Source of the DNA: Ruminococcus albus 7 = DSM 20455
GTDB lineage: Bacteria; Bacillota; Clostridia; Oscillospirales; Ruminococcaceae
Length of the DNA: 32,000 nt
Direction of reading: 5' to 3'
NCBI RefSeq assembly: GCF_000179635.2
Contig: NC_014833.1
Span: 3,420,001-3,452,000 of the forward strand
Of the stretch, positions 9,364 through 17,505 are shown piece after piece. How positions within the stretch are numbered: the first letter of the stretch is position 1; every line of letters begins with the position of its first letter. The notes under the pieces were generated by a model. That model was not told where the DNA came from. It worked only from the letters and a program-made list of their open reading frames with translations, and did not search any database. The translations under genes were made by a program, and so were the position numbers.

Positions 9364-9392
9364 TTGCTTTGTTAATAATAATTTATTATAAT
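9364..9392 (+). promoter_or_regulatory. Sigma-A-type promoter upstream of murG
   Basis: TTGCTT (9364-9369), an exact 17-nt spacer, then TATAAT (9387-9392). It lies in an AT-rich 177-bp gap after ftsW. Confidence 0.55.
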
Positions 9393-9456
9393 AGAAATGA
9401 TAATCCGACAGACTGTAATTACAGCCCGTCAGGGATAAGAAAGAGGTATCTGCTGT

Positions 9457-10587
9457 ATGCTCAGAGTACTGCTGGCAGGCGGCGGCACAGCGGGTCATGT
9501 TAACCCCGCACTTGCCATCGCTGAGATAATAAAAGAAAACTACCCCGATGCTGAGATATGCTTTGCGGGAAATCCCGATAAACTGGAATCAAAGCTGGTC
9601 CCTAAGGCGGGATATAAATTTGAACCCCTGAAAATAGAGGGCTTCCAGAGAAAGATAAATGCTGAAAACATCAAAAGGAACTTCCGCGCAGCCGTGTATC
9701 TGGCCAGATCCGGCAGCAGATGCAAGGAGATCATCAAAGGCTTCAAGCCCGATCTTGTCATAGGCACAGGCGGCTATGTAAGCGGTCCGGTTGTAAGGGC
9801 TGCGGCTAATATGGGCATAAGAACTGCCATACATGAACAGAATGCTTTTGCGGGCGTGACAAACAAGATACTCTCCAAAAAAGTCGATGTGGTCATGATG
9901 ACAGTGGAAGAGTCAAGGAAGAATTTCCCCGATGCTAAAAAATGCGTTGTAACAGGTCTTCCCGTCAGGGGAGGCTTCGGCAGACTTACAAAAGCTGAAG
10001 CACGCCAAAAGCTGGGTATCCCCGAGGATGCACAGGTCGTGCTTTCCGCCGGCGGAAGTCTTGGTTCAAAAGTTCTGAACGAAAACATCATGAAGCTGTT
10101 CAAGTGGTATCAGAGCGAGGGCAGAGAGGTGTATCATATACACTCCTACGGCACCTACAAGGATTATGAAAACTTCATAGAGGACTGCGAAAAGCAGGGA
10201 ATAAAACTCAAAGGCAACGATCACCGCATGGTGGACAGCTATGTTGATATGCCTAAGGCTATGGCAGCCTGTGACCTTATCATCACACGCTGCGGTGCGG
10301 CATCACTGGCTGAGATCGAAGCCATGGGCAGATGCTCGGTACTGATACCCTCCCCATGGGTAGCCGAGAACCACCAGTACCATAACGGTATGGTGCTGCA
10401 GAATGCAGGCGCAGGAATGGTCATCGAGGAAAAAGACCTTACTGAGGATAAGTTCATCGGTGCGGTCAGGGATTATCTCGACAACCCCGATAAACTGAGA
10501 GAATGCTCCGAAAAGGCAGCAGCTCTCCATATAAAAGATACAAAGGAACGCATTATGAACTGCCTCAGACCCCTTATAAAGAAATAA
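9457..10587 (+). CDS. murG: UDP-N-acetylglucosamine--N-acetylmuramyl-(pentapeptide) pyrophosphoryl-undecaprenol GlcNAc transferase
   Basis: 376 aa with the N-terminal GGGTAGHVNPALAIAE motif and a GT28 C-terminal domain (ITRCGAASLAEI, HQYHN). Confidence 0.95.
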   Translation: MLRVLLAGGGTAGHVNPALAIAEIIKENYPDAEICFAGNPDKLESKLVPKAGYKFEPLKIEGFQRKINAENIKRNFRAAVYLARSGSRCKEIIKGFKPDLVIGTGGYVSGPVVRAAANMGIRTAIHEQNAFAGVTNKILSKKVDVVMMTVEESRKNFPDAKKCVVTGLPVRGGFGRLTKAEARQKLGIPEDAQVVLSAGGSLGSKVLNENIMKLFKWYQSEGREVYHIHSYGTYKDYENFIEDCEKQGIKLKGNDHRMVDSYVDMPKAMAACDLIITRCGAASLAEIEAMGRCSVLIPSPWVAENHQYHNGMVLQNAGAGMVIEEKDLTEDKFIGAVRDYLDNPDKLRECSEKAAALHIKDTKERIMNCLRPLIKK

Positions 10588-10670
10588 CAATACGTATATT
10601 ATGTGAAGGATGGTTTAATTTGGCAATAGACAGATCTATACAGACTAAGCGTTCAGGCTCGGGAAATACT

Positions 10671-11558
10671 ATGGATACTCTGAGAGTGCCCGACAAGCTG
10701 GATATGGACAAGCTCAGCCATAATACTTACAGAGGGTCTAAAACCAATGCCGTTGCAGATGAGATATTCTCAGGCGGAAGGTATACAAAACAGACCCGTT
10801 TCGGTGCTGCCGATGAAAAGTATGAGGGCGCAGAGCAAAGAAGAAAACGCGAAGGCACCGAAGATGCTGAAAACATCAAGTCAAGATCAGCCAGGCATAA
10901 AAAAGACCCCGACAGGCTGCATCAGGGTGTAAAAGTCGGTTCTTCCTATGTTGAAAGAAAAAAGGTGATAATATGGATCACCGTTGCACTGGTGCTTCTT
11001 GCCTGTGCACTGCTTTTCCTGCCGCCGCTGATGAACAGCACCTCGGGAGAAACAAGGGTCGATCATAACAGGAACATCTTCGAGAAAATGGGCATGACCG
11101 AGTTCAAGACCTTTGCACTGTCGAACTACTCGGTATATAACCAGGAAGCTTTTTCTTCCGAGAAAAACGAGAACTACCGTATAATAGAGATGACTGTCCA
11201 TGTGCAGAACTCTTCGCCTTTTCAGGTTACTATACCCCAGTATAAGGCGCTTCACGTACCAAAAATGTACGAGGATAAATTATGCTATGTTTCCTCAGCC
11301 AGAATGACCACCACAAGCGACGGCACACGCAAGGTCGCAGGTGATGTCATCGAAGGCTTCTCCGGCAAGGATGTCACTATCGAGATGATGATAAATGTCA
11401 AGGATATGACAGAGGAAGAACTGGATGAATGTGTTACCGGCATGGTACTCACTACCGTCGGCGCAAAGAAGAAAATAGCAAAGAAAGTAACCGTACCTTG
11501 TATACCTGCTGTCCTCTTCATATCCGATGCTGTTACCGTCCACCTGGAACCTCAGTAA
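10671..11558 (+). CDS. Hypothetical bitopic membrane protein (charged N-terminal region, one TM, ~175-aa extracytoplasmic domain)
   Basis: The long ORF 10503-11558 overlaps the murG 3' end. The first ATG after murG is at 10671, and an alternative TTG at 10620 is preceded by GAAGGATGG. The TM segment is VIIWITVALVLLACALLFLPPL. I recognise no family. Confidence 0.6.
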   Translation: MDTLRVPDKLDMDKLSHNTYRGSKTNAVADEIFSGGRYTKQTRFGAADEKYEGAEQRRKREGTEDAENIKSRSARHKKDPDRLHQGVKVGSSYVERKKVIIWITVALVLLACALLFLPPLMNSTSGETRVDHNRNIFEKMGMTEFKTFALSNYSVYNQEAFSSEKNENYRIIEMTVHVQNSSPFQVTIPQYKALHVPKMYEDKLCYVSSARMTTTSDGTRKVAGDVIEGFSGKDVTIEMMINVKDMTEEELDECVTGMVLTTVGAKKKIAKKVTVPCIPAVLFISDAVTVHLEPQ

Positions 11559-11624
11559 AAAAGTAACATAATACAGACCTTATGCATAGTATGAGCTATA
11601 CTTCATCTGAAAGGGGCATAGCTT

Positions 11625-12881
11625 ATGCAGAAGCTTATAATAAACGGCGGAAAACGGCTGTGCGGTGAGATACGGGTGCAGGGCGCAAAAAACAGTGCGC
11701 TGCCACTGCTGGCAGGGTGTCTGCTGACAGATGGCAGAACAGTGCTGAAACGCTGTCCCGAACTTACAGACGTTTTTGCCGCCTGCAGGATACTTAACGA
11801 ACTGGGCTGCAAATGCAGCTTCAGACAGGGTACTGCCACGACCGATGCCGACAGTGCCGCAGGCTTCAGGATAACCGAGGAACTCATGCGCGAGATGCGA
11901 AGTTCCATAGTGTTTCTGGGCGCTGTGCTGGGCAGGCATGGCAGATGTGAACTCAGCTACCCGGGAGGATGCGAGCTTGGTCCCCGACCGATAGATATGC
12001 ATCTTTCCGCACTCAGACAGCTGGGTGTGAAGATACATGAGGAACACGGCAGGATAAGCTGCACCTGTCCCAGAGGGCTGAAAGGCGCTTCCATAAGTCT
12101 GCCCTTCCCTTCTGTGGGAGCCACTGAAAATATCATGCTCGCCGCTGTATGTGCTGACGGCGATACCGTTATACACAATGCAGCCCGTGAACCCGAGATC
12201 ACAGATCTTGCAAACTTCCTTGTACGCTGCGGTGCTGACATAAAAGGCGCAGGCTGCAGCACTGTGCGTATCTCAGGTGTGAAAAAACTCCGCGGATGTG
12301 AGTATGATGTCATGCCCGACAGGATAGCAGCAGCGACATATATGGCTGCTGCAGCTTCAACAGGCGGTGAGCTGGGTCTTACAGATATCAGCTGCGATGA
12401 CCTTCAGGCTGTCACCTCTGTTTTCGAGGAGATGGGAGCTGCGGTGTACTCCGCAGGCAGCAGGATATTCATAAGCTGCAAGGCTCCGCTGAAAGCTGTG
12501 CGCATAATAAGAACTATGCCGTACCCGGGCTTCCCCACCGATGCCCAGGCTGTTGTAATGGCAGCGCTGACTACGGCACGCGGCAGCAGTATGATGGTGG
12601 AAAATATATTTGAAAGCAGATTCCGCCATGTGGACGAATTAGTGCGCATGGGGGCTGATATAAAAGTATCGGACAGAACGGCTGTGATACAAGGCGTCAA
12701 AAAACTATGCGGCGCAAATGTCAGAGCCCATGACCTGCGGGGCGGCGCAGCCCTTACGATCGCTGCACTGGGCGCTGAGGGTACTTCCTCAGTAGGCTGT
12801 GTCGGGTATATCGACAGAGGGTATGAGCTCATAGAAAACGTGCTGAGCTCAGTCGGCGCTGATATACGCAGAGAGTTCTGA
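11625..12881 (+). CDS. murA: UDP-N-acetylglucosamine 1-carboxyvinyltransferase
   Basis: 418 aa with GAKNSALPLLA (Lys22 region), YPGGCELGPRPIDMH (the catalytic, fosfomycin-target Cys is present) and PYPGFPTDAQA. Confidence 0.95.
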   Translation: MQKLIINGGKRLCGEIRVQGAKNSALPLLAGCLLTDGRTVLKRCPELTDVFAACRILNELGCKCSFRQGTATTDADSAAGFRITEELMREMRSSIVFLGAVLGRHGRCELSYPGGCELGPRPIDMHLSALRQLGVKIHEEHGRISCTCPRGLKGASISLPFPSVGATENIMLAAVCADGDTVIHNAAREPEITDLANFLVRCGADIKGAGCSTVRISGVKKLRGCEYDVMPDRIAAATYMAAAASTGGELGLTDISCDDLQAVTSVFEEMGAAVYSAGSRIFISCKAPLKAVRIIRTMPYPGFPTDAQAVVMAALTTARGSSMMVENIFESRFRHVDELVRMGADIKVSDRTAVIQGVKKLCGANVRAHDLRGGAALTIAALGAEGTSSVGCVGYIDRGYELIENVLSSVGADIRREF

Positions 12882-12921
12882 CGAAGAATATGTAAAGATG
12901 AATACAGAGGAAAGATAATAC

Positions 12922-14103
12922 ATGAATGATAATTATGAAAACGAACCTGTGCCTGCGATGACAGCCAAAAAACCGGCACGAAAGCTGGATCTGCGTATGC
13001 TGTACGCGGGCGCGGCAGTCACCGCGGCAGTGGTGATACTTCTCCTGTGCATGACGGTATTTTTCAATGTCAGCAACGTGGAGATCCGGGGCGTGAGCCT
13101 CTATACCGATGACCAGATAATCAACGTCGGGGGGATATACGAGGATATGAACCTTGTAAGAACAGATCCCGCCCGCGCCGAAAAGCGGCTTACGGATAAT
13201 CTCGTTTACATAGACGAGGTCAAGATTTCCAAGTCATACCCCTCAACAGTTGTTATCGACTGCAAGGAGGCTGTCAAGGCTGCCGATATCGAATATGAAG
13301 GCGGCTACTATGTGCTGAGCTATTCGGGACGTATCCTGGAAGCCGACAATCCCGAACCCACAGGGGATATCCCCATAGTCACAGGCTTTAAATTCTATGT
13401 GGCTGAGGATCAGATAGAAAAAGGCGCCGAGCTTACCGAAGAGGAGATATTCGCTTACCGTGCCCCCGGAGCAAAGCTCAGATCAGAGGACGATTACAGC
13501 GACAAGATACTCATCGACCTGCTGAACGGACTGAAGGATCAGGGCTTTGAAAAGGTCAAGAACATAGATATGACCTCCCGCGCAAATATACTTATGAACG
13601 TGGATAACAGGCTCGATATAAAGCTGGGCAGCTCCGCGGATATAGAGTATAAACTCAGCTACTTCAAGGCTGTTATGGGCAAGCTTGCCGAGAACTACGA
13701 GGGAACCCTTATTTATAACGGTTCTGAGAACGGAGTTTCGGCTATACCTAAGGATCAGTACCTCGGAAAGCCTACCTTTGCCAAGGATCCCGAAAAGCCC
13801 AAAGACGAAAGCAAGGCTGAGGATGAAACCGCCGATAATACCGATAATACCGATAATACCGAAAATGCTGATAATACCGCTGAAGATCAGAACACTGAGG
13901 TCAACGGCGATAATGCTGATGATAACACCGAAAATATCCAGGAAGGCGAACAGTACTACGATAACGGAGACTGGACGGATAATACCTGGGATGACGGACA
14001 GTACTATGATTACGGCGATCAGAACTATGATTACGGCGATCAGAACTATGATAACGGCGGCTGGTATGATGATACCAACGGCGGCGGCGAATACTATTGG
14101 TAA
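12922..14103 (+). CDS. ftsQ: Cell division protein FtsQ/DivIB with a long acidic D/N/Y/W-rich C-terminal tail
   Basis: It has a short cytoplasmic N-terminus, one TM (AAVTAAVVILLLCMTVFF) and a POTRA-like segment (VSNVEIRGVSLYTDDQIINVGGI...). It sits immediately upstream of ftsZ. The last ~105 aa are low-complexity. Confidence 0.8.
   Translation: MNDNYENEPVPAMTAKKPARKLDLRMLYAGAAVTAAVVILLLCMTVFFNVSNVEIRGVSLYTDDQIINVGGIYEDMNLVRTDPARAEKRLTDNLVYIDEVKISKSYPSTVVIDCKEAVKAADIEYEGGYYVLSYSGRILEADNPEPTGDIPIVTGFKFYVAEDQIEKGAELTEEEIFAYRAPGAKLRSEDDYSDKILIDLLNGLKDQGFEKVKNIDMTSRANILMNVDNRLDIKLGSSADIEYKLSYFKAVMGKLAENYEGTLIYNGSENGVSAIPKDQYLGKPTFAKDPEKPKDESKAEDETADNTDNTDNTENADNTAEDQNTEVNGDNADDNTENIQEGEQYYDNGDWTDNTWDDGQYYDYGDQNYDYGDQNYDNGGWYDDTNGGGEYYW
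13834..13878 (+). repeat. In-frame 9-nt tandem repeat (GATAATACC x3, then one degenerate and one exact copy) encoding DNT repeats
   Basis: Exact units lie at 13834-13842, 13843-13851 and 13852-13860. GAAAATGCT follows, then GATAATACC at 13870-13878. All are within the ftsQ tail. Confidence 0.9.
14005..14055 (+). repeat. In-frame 21-nt tandem repeat (TATGATTACGGCGATCAGAAC x2 plus a partial third copy) encoding YDYGDQN
   Basis: Units at 14005-14025 and 14026-14046 are identical. A partial third copy (TATGATAAC) begins at 14047. All are inside the ftsQ tail. Confidence 0.9.
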
Positions 14104-14158
14104 GTTTATCAATTAACAAAAAATTAACAGTCGAAATGGCATTAAATTGTCAAAATCC

Positions 14159-14187
14159 TTTACAATTCGGGAAATTTGTGATATAGT
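14159..14187 (+). promoter_or_regulatory. Extended -10 sigma-A-type promoter upstream of ftsZ
   Basis: TTTACA (14159-14164), a 17-nt spacer ending in TGa, then TATAGT (14182-14187). Confidence 0.55.
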
Positions 14188-14293
14188 ATTAGTGTATCTA
14201 ATTATGTTCTTCGGGTCGAGCTATACACAGACAGAAGAAATAACGGTTAATTACCCGAGGGATATGTGAAAAATTTTCAGGAGGATGTTTACT

Positions 14294-15481
14294 ATGAGTT
14301 ACGAATTTGTAGAAGAGCCCCTTGTTGGCGCAAGCATTAAAGTCATCGGCGTTGGCGGCGGCGGCGGAAACGCACTTAACGGCATTGCCGAGGCAGGTAT
14401 ACAGGGTAATGTTGAGTATATAGCAGTTAATACTGATATACAGGCACTTAAAAAGTCACTGGCTGACAGACAGATACAGATAGGCGCTAAGCTCACCCAC
14501 GGTCTGGGTGCAGGCGCAAAGCCCGAGATCGGTGAGGCTTCCGCACAGGAGAGCCAGGATGAGATCGCAGAGGCTATCAAGGATGCCGATATGGTATTCA
14601 TCACCGCAGGTATGGGCGGCGGAACAGGTACAGGCGCAGCTCCTGTAGTAGCAGAGATCGCACAGAGCCTCGATAAGCTGACCATAGCTGTAGTTACCAA
14701 GCCCTTCAAGTTCGAAGGCGTAAAGAAGATGCAGAGAGCAGAGAGCGGTATCGAGCAGCTGGTAAAGCACGTTGATGCGCTGATCGTTATACCTAACCAG
14801 AACCTCATCACAAGCGATATGAGACTGACCATGAAGCAGTCCTACCAGATCGCAGATGAAGTACTGAAGACAGACGTTATCGCAATTGCTGAGATAATCA
14901 CAAGACATGACGAGATAAACGTTGACTTCGCAGACGTTACCACCATACTCAAGGGTGCGGGCAGAGCTCACATAGCTATCGGCCACGGCGAAGGCAAGGA
15001 TAAGGTACAGGATATCGTAGATCAGGTAATAGCTTCCAGAATACTGGAAACCTCTATCAGAGGCGCAAGAAGACTGATCGTAAACGTAAATATGTCCGAG
15101 GATCTGCTCATAAGCGATATGGACGAGCTGACAGCAGCTATCGCAGATGCAGCTGATGACGGCGCAGAGATCATCTTCGGTAACGGCACAAATCCTGATA
15201 CAAAGGATTGCATGGACGTTACAGTTATCGCTGCAGATTTCGTTGACGGCATCCCTTCCGCTGCTAACTATCAGGAAGCAGCAGCACTCCAGCAGTCTCA
15301 GGTACAGGCTGTTCAGGCTGTACAGGCAGTATCCCCTGCTCCTTCCGCTCAGACATTCTCTTTCCAGAGAACAGAGGCTGATAAGAAGGCTGATGCTGAG
15401 GCTATGTACAAGGCAGGCGTAAAGGCAGCTGATAAGACAGATATCTACGATGATATCTTCAACGTATTCAAGAATAAGTGA
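14294..15481 (+). CDS. ftsZ: Cell division GTPase FtsZ
   Basis: It has IKVIGVGGGGGNA, the tubulin signature GGGTGTGAAPVVA and NVDFADV. The variable linker carries a QAVQAVQAV repeat, and the conserved C-terminal peptide is DIYDDIFNVFKNK. I prefer the ATG at 14294 (GGAGG 9 nt upstream). The ORF-track ATG at 14285 directly abuts the SD. Confidence 0.97.
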   Translation: MSYEFVEEPLVGASIKVIGVGGGGGNALNGIAEAGIQGNVEYIAVNTDIQALKKSLADRQIQIGAKLTHGLGAGAKPEIGEASAQESQDEIAEAIKDADMVFITAGMGGGTGTGAAPVVAEIAQSLDKLTIAVVTKPFKFEGVKKMQRAESGIEQLVKHVDALIVIPNQNLITSDMRLTMKQSYQIADEVLKTDVIAIAEIITRHDEINVDFADVTTILKGAGRAHIAIGHGEGKDKVQDIVDQVIASRILETSIRGARRLIVNVNMSEDLLISDMDELTAAIADAADDGAEIIFGNGTNPDTKDCMDVTVIAADFVDGIPSAANYQEAAALQQSQVQAVQAVQAVSPAPSAQTFSFQRTEADKKADAEAMYKAGVKAADKTDIYDDIFNVFKNK

Positions 15482-15491
15482 TCCAAGCTCT

Positions 15492-15520
15492 AAGACGAGT
15501 CCGGCGGCTCGTCTTTGCTT
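15492..15520 (+). terminator. Putative intrinsic terminator after ftsZ
   Basis: AAGACGAG (15492-15499) pairs with CTCGTCTT (15508-15515) around an 8-nt loop, followed by TGCTT. The U-tract is weak. Confidence 0.45.
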
Positions 15521-15728
15521 AACAGAATTTGTTCAGATATTCTGAATTAAGTTCAGCTATACTATTGAAGAACTAAACTGCAGCAACAACTGTACGGCGG
15601 CAGCTGAAAACAGCTTGATACCGACAAAAAACAGCATCCCACGGATAGAAATATGCACAATTTAAGAAGTGAATATTGTGTAGATTACTGAAATTTCGGG
15701 TTTATGCTCAAATCGTCAAATCAAGTGG

Positions 15729-15757
15729 TTGAAATAATTCTTTAATTATAGTATAAT
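15729..15757 (+). promoter_or_regulatory. Sigma-A-type promoter of the DivIVA-like gene
   Basis: TTGAAA (15729-15734), a 17-nt spacer, then TATAAT (15752-15757). Confidence 0.6.
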
Positions 15758-15822
15758 AAGGTAGTATAAAACTTTATTGCAAATAATATTTTCGCAAACA
15801 TATATTCAGGAGGGAATTGAAA

Positions 15823-16758
15823 ATGGCTAGTAATGGTTATTTGAGAACAGTAAGAGTCGGCGGCTTCGATAAGCAGGACGTTCTGCAGTATGTTGATGAG
15901 CTGACTTCCAAGATCTATCAGCTGGAAACTAAGGTCAAGGATCAGGAAGAACAGATAGACCAGCTCGAGCAGGGCGGCGGCGACACTAAGGGCGATGACG
16001 AGGCTAAGAAGGAGCTCGAGGCTAAAGTCGAGGAAGCTAAGCAGAAAATCGCTGAGCTGATGGCATCTACCGATACCATGAAAGTCAGGATCGCAGATTA
16101 TGAGCAGCAGATAGCTGATAAGGATGCAGAGCTCGAGGATAAGAACGCTGAGATCGAAGCACTGAAGGACAAGGTAGCAGAGGCAGAGCAGAAGGCTGCT
16201 CAGACTGCTGACAGCGGTTCTCAGCAGGCATTCGATATGGGTCAGATCTTCGTACAGGCTCAGCAGACAGCTAATATGGCTATCGAGAAGGCAAGAGCAG
16301 ATGCTAAGCAGATCACCGATGAGGCTGAGGCTCAGGCTAATCAGGTCATCGACGATGCTAACGCACAGGCTGAGGCTACCGTTACAAAGGCTAATACCGA
16401 GGCTGAGCAGACCATCAGCGCTGCTAAGGAAAGTGCAGAGGCTACTAAGTCCGAAGCAAAGAAAGAGGCAGATCAGGTCACTGGTGCTGCTTATTCCGAG
16501 GCTTCAAGAGTCAAGAAGGAAGCTGAAGAAGAGGCTGAAAGACTCATCAGCGATGCCAAGAGCAAGGCTGCAGCTATCAAGAACGACACTGTTGAGATCA
16601 GAACAGCTGTTAAGGAGCAGTTCACAAACCTCAGCGATACCGTTCAGAAGCTTGTAACATCCCTCAATGACCTGTACGGCAGCAGCATAGGTGCTGTTAA
16701 TACTGCAAGAGATCTTATCGACGACGGTCTTGATATCGTTTCCGACGAAGAAGAATAA
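15823..16758 (+). CDS. DivIVA-domain-like coiled-coil protein (A/E/Q/K-rich)
   Basis: The ATG at 15823 lies 8 nt after AGGAGGG. The N-terminal VRVGGFDKQDVLQYVDEL resembles the DivIVA-family RGYD..EVD.FLD motif. The rest is a long predicted coil. It lies directly downstream of ftsZ. Confidence 0.65.
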   Translation: MASNGYLRTVRVGGFDKQDVLQYVDELTSKIYQLETKVKDQEEQIDQLEQGGGDTKGDDEAKKELEAKVEEAKQKIAELMASTDTMKVRIADYEQQIADKDAELEDKNAEIEALKDKVAEAEQKAAQTADSGSQQAFDMGQIFVQAQQTANMAIEKARADAKQITDEAEAQANQVIDDANAQAEATVTKANTEAEQTISAAKESAEATKSEAKKEADQVTGAAYSEASRVKKEAEEEAERLISDAKSKAAAIKNDTVEIRTAVKEQFTNLSDTVQKLVTSLNDLYGSSIGAVNTARDLIDDGLDIVSDEEE

Positions 16759-17318
16759 TGGCAGAACTCAGAAAATTCCGCACAGAGGAGCTTAAAGCCA
16801 GAAGCAGCGAGCTCCGCTGCGGTGATAAGATACTGGTAACTGGTACAGTTTATACTGCAAGAGATGCAGCGCATAAAAGGTTCGCAGCACTGCTCGATGA
16901 GGGCAAGGAGCTGCCGATACCGCTGGAAGGCGCTGTGATATACTACGCAGGTCCCACACCCGCACCCGAGGGCAGACCGATCGGTTCATGCGGTCCCACT
17001 ACTTCAGGCAGAATGGACAGGTTCGCTCCTCGTCTTCTTGATCTGGGTCTTGGCGGCATGATCGGTAAGGGCGAAAGATCGCAGGAGGTCAGGGACGCTG
17101 TTGTAAGAAATAAAGCTGTTTATCTATGTGCAGTCGGCGGCGCAGGTGCGCTTGCCTGCAATTGCATAAAGTCCTGTGAGGTCATCGCTTTTGAAGACCT
17201 CGGCTGTGAATCCGTAAAAAAGCTTTACGTTGAGGACTTCCCTCTTATCGTGGCAGATGATTGCTTCGGAGGAGATATTTTCTCAAGCGGCAGGGCTGAA
17301 TACTGCACAGCAGAATAA
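16758..17318 (+). CDS. Fe-S-type hydro-lyase beta subunit (class I fumarate hydratase / L(+)-tartrate dehydratase C-terminal-domain protein)
   Basis: 186 aa with GTVYTARDAAHKR, IYYAGPTPAPEGRPIGSCGPTTSGRMD, MIGKGERS, VGGAGAL and EDLGCESV..L.VEDFPLIV, which are typical of the Fumerase_C family. The start overlaps the upstream stop (TAATG at 16756-16760). Confidence 0.85.
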   Translation: MAELRKFRTEELKARSSELRCGDKILVTGTVYTARDAAHKRFAALLDEGKELPIPLEGAVIYYAGPTPAPEGRPIGSCGPTTSGRMDRFAPRLLDLGLGGMIGKGERSQEVRDAVVRNKAVYLCAVGGAGALACNCIKSCEVIAFEDLGCESVKKLYVEDFPLIVADDCFGGDIFSSGRAEYCTAE

Positions 17319-17329
17319 TGATATATACC

Positions 17330-17358
17330 GCGGCAGATTCATTTCTGCCGCTTTTTTG
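17330..17358 (+). terminator. Intrinsic terminator
   Basis: GCGGCAGA (17330-17337) pairs with TCTGCCGC (17344-17351), followed by TTTTTTG. Confidence 0.8.
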
Positions 17359-17505
17359 TTTGATATACATATATCTGACATTGAAACTTTGTGCAGTTTC
17401 ATCCCATAAATATCCCCATTATCATACGTATATAAAGTGTACAACAAAGGAAAGGTGACTTCAAGCCGCCCTGAATATAAAGACATATATAACGGAGGTA
17501 ATATT

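Noticed and set aside
10503-10670. An upstream extension of the unknown membrane ORF, giving an ATG at 10503 that overlaps murG by 85 nt.
   Set aside because: The extension lies within the murG coding sequence and has no SD. Starts after the murG stop (TTG 10620 with GAAGGATGG, or ATG 10671) are more plausible.
13834-14055. Short tandem repeats, considered as a possible CRISPR-like or minisatellite locus.
   Set aside because: The units are 9 and 21 nt, directly tandem with no spacers, and in frame within ftsQ. No repeat-spacer architecture exists anywhere in the window.
13483-14116. A 209-aa minus-strand ORF and a 143-aa + strand ORF overlapping the 3' end of ftsQ.
   Set aside because: They arise from the repetitive GAT/AAT/TAC-rich tail, where stop codons are depleted in several frames. 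Their translations are runs of I/V/P or I/T/M with no start signals.
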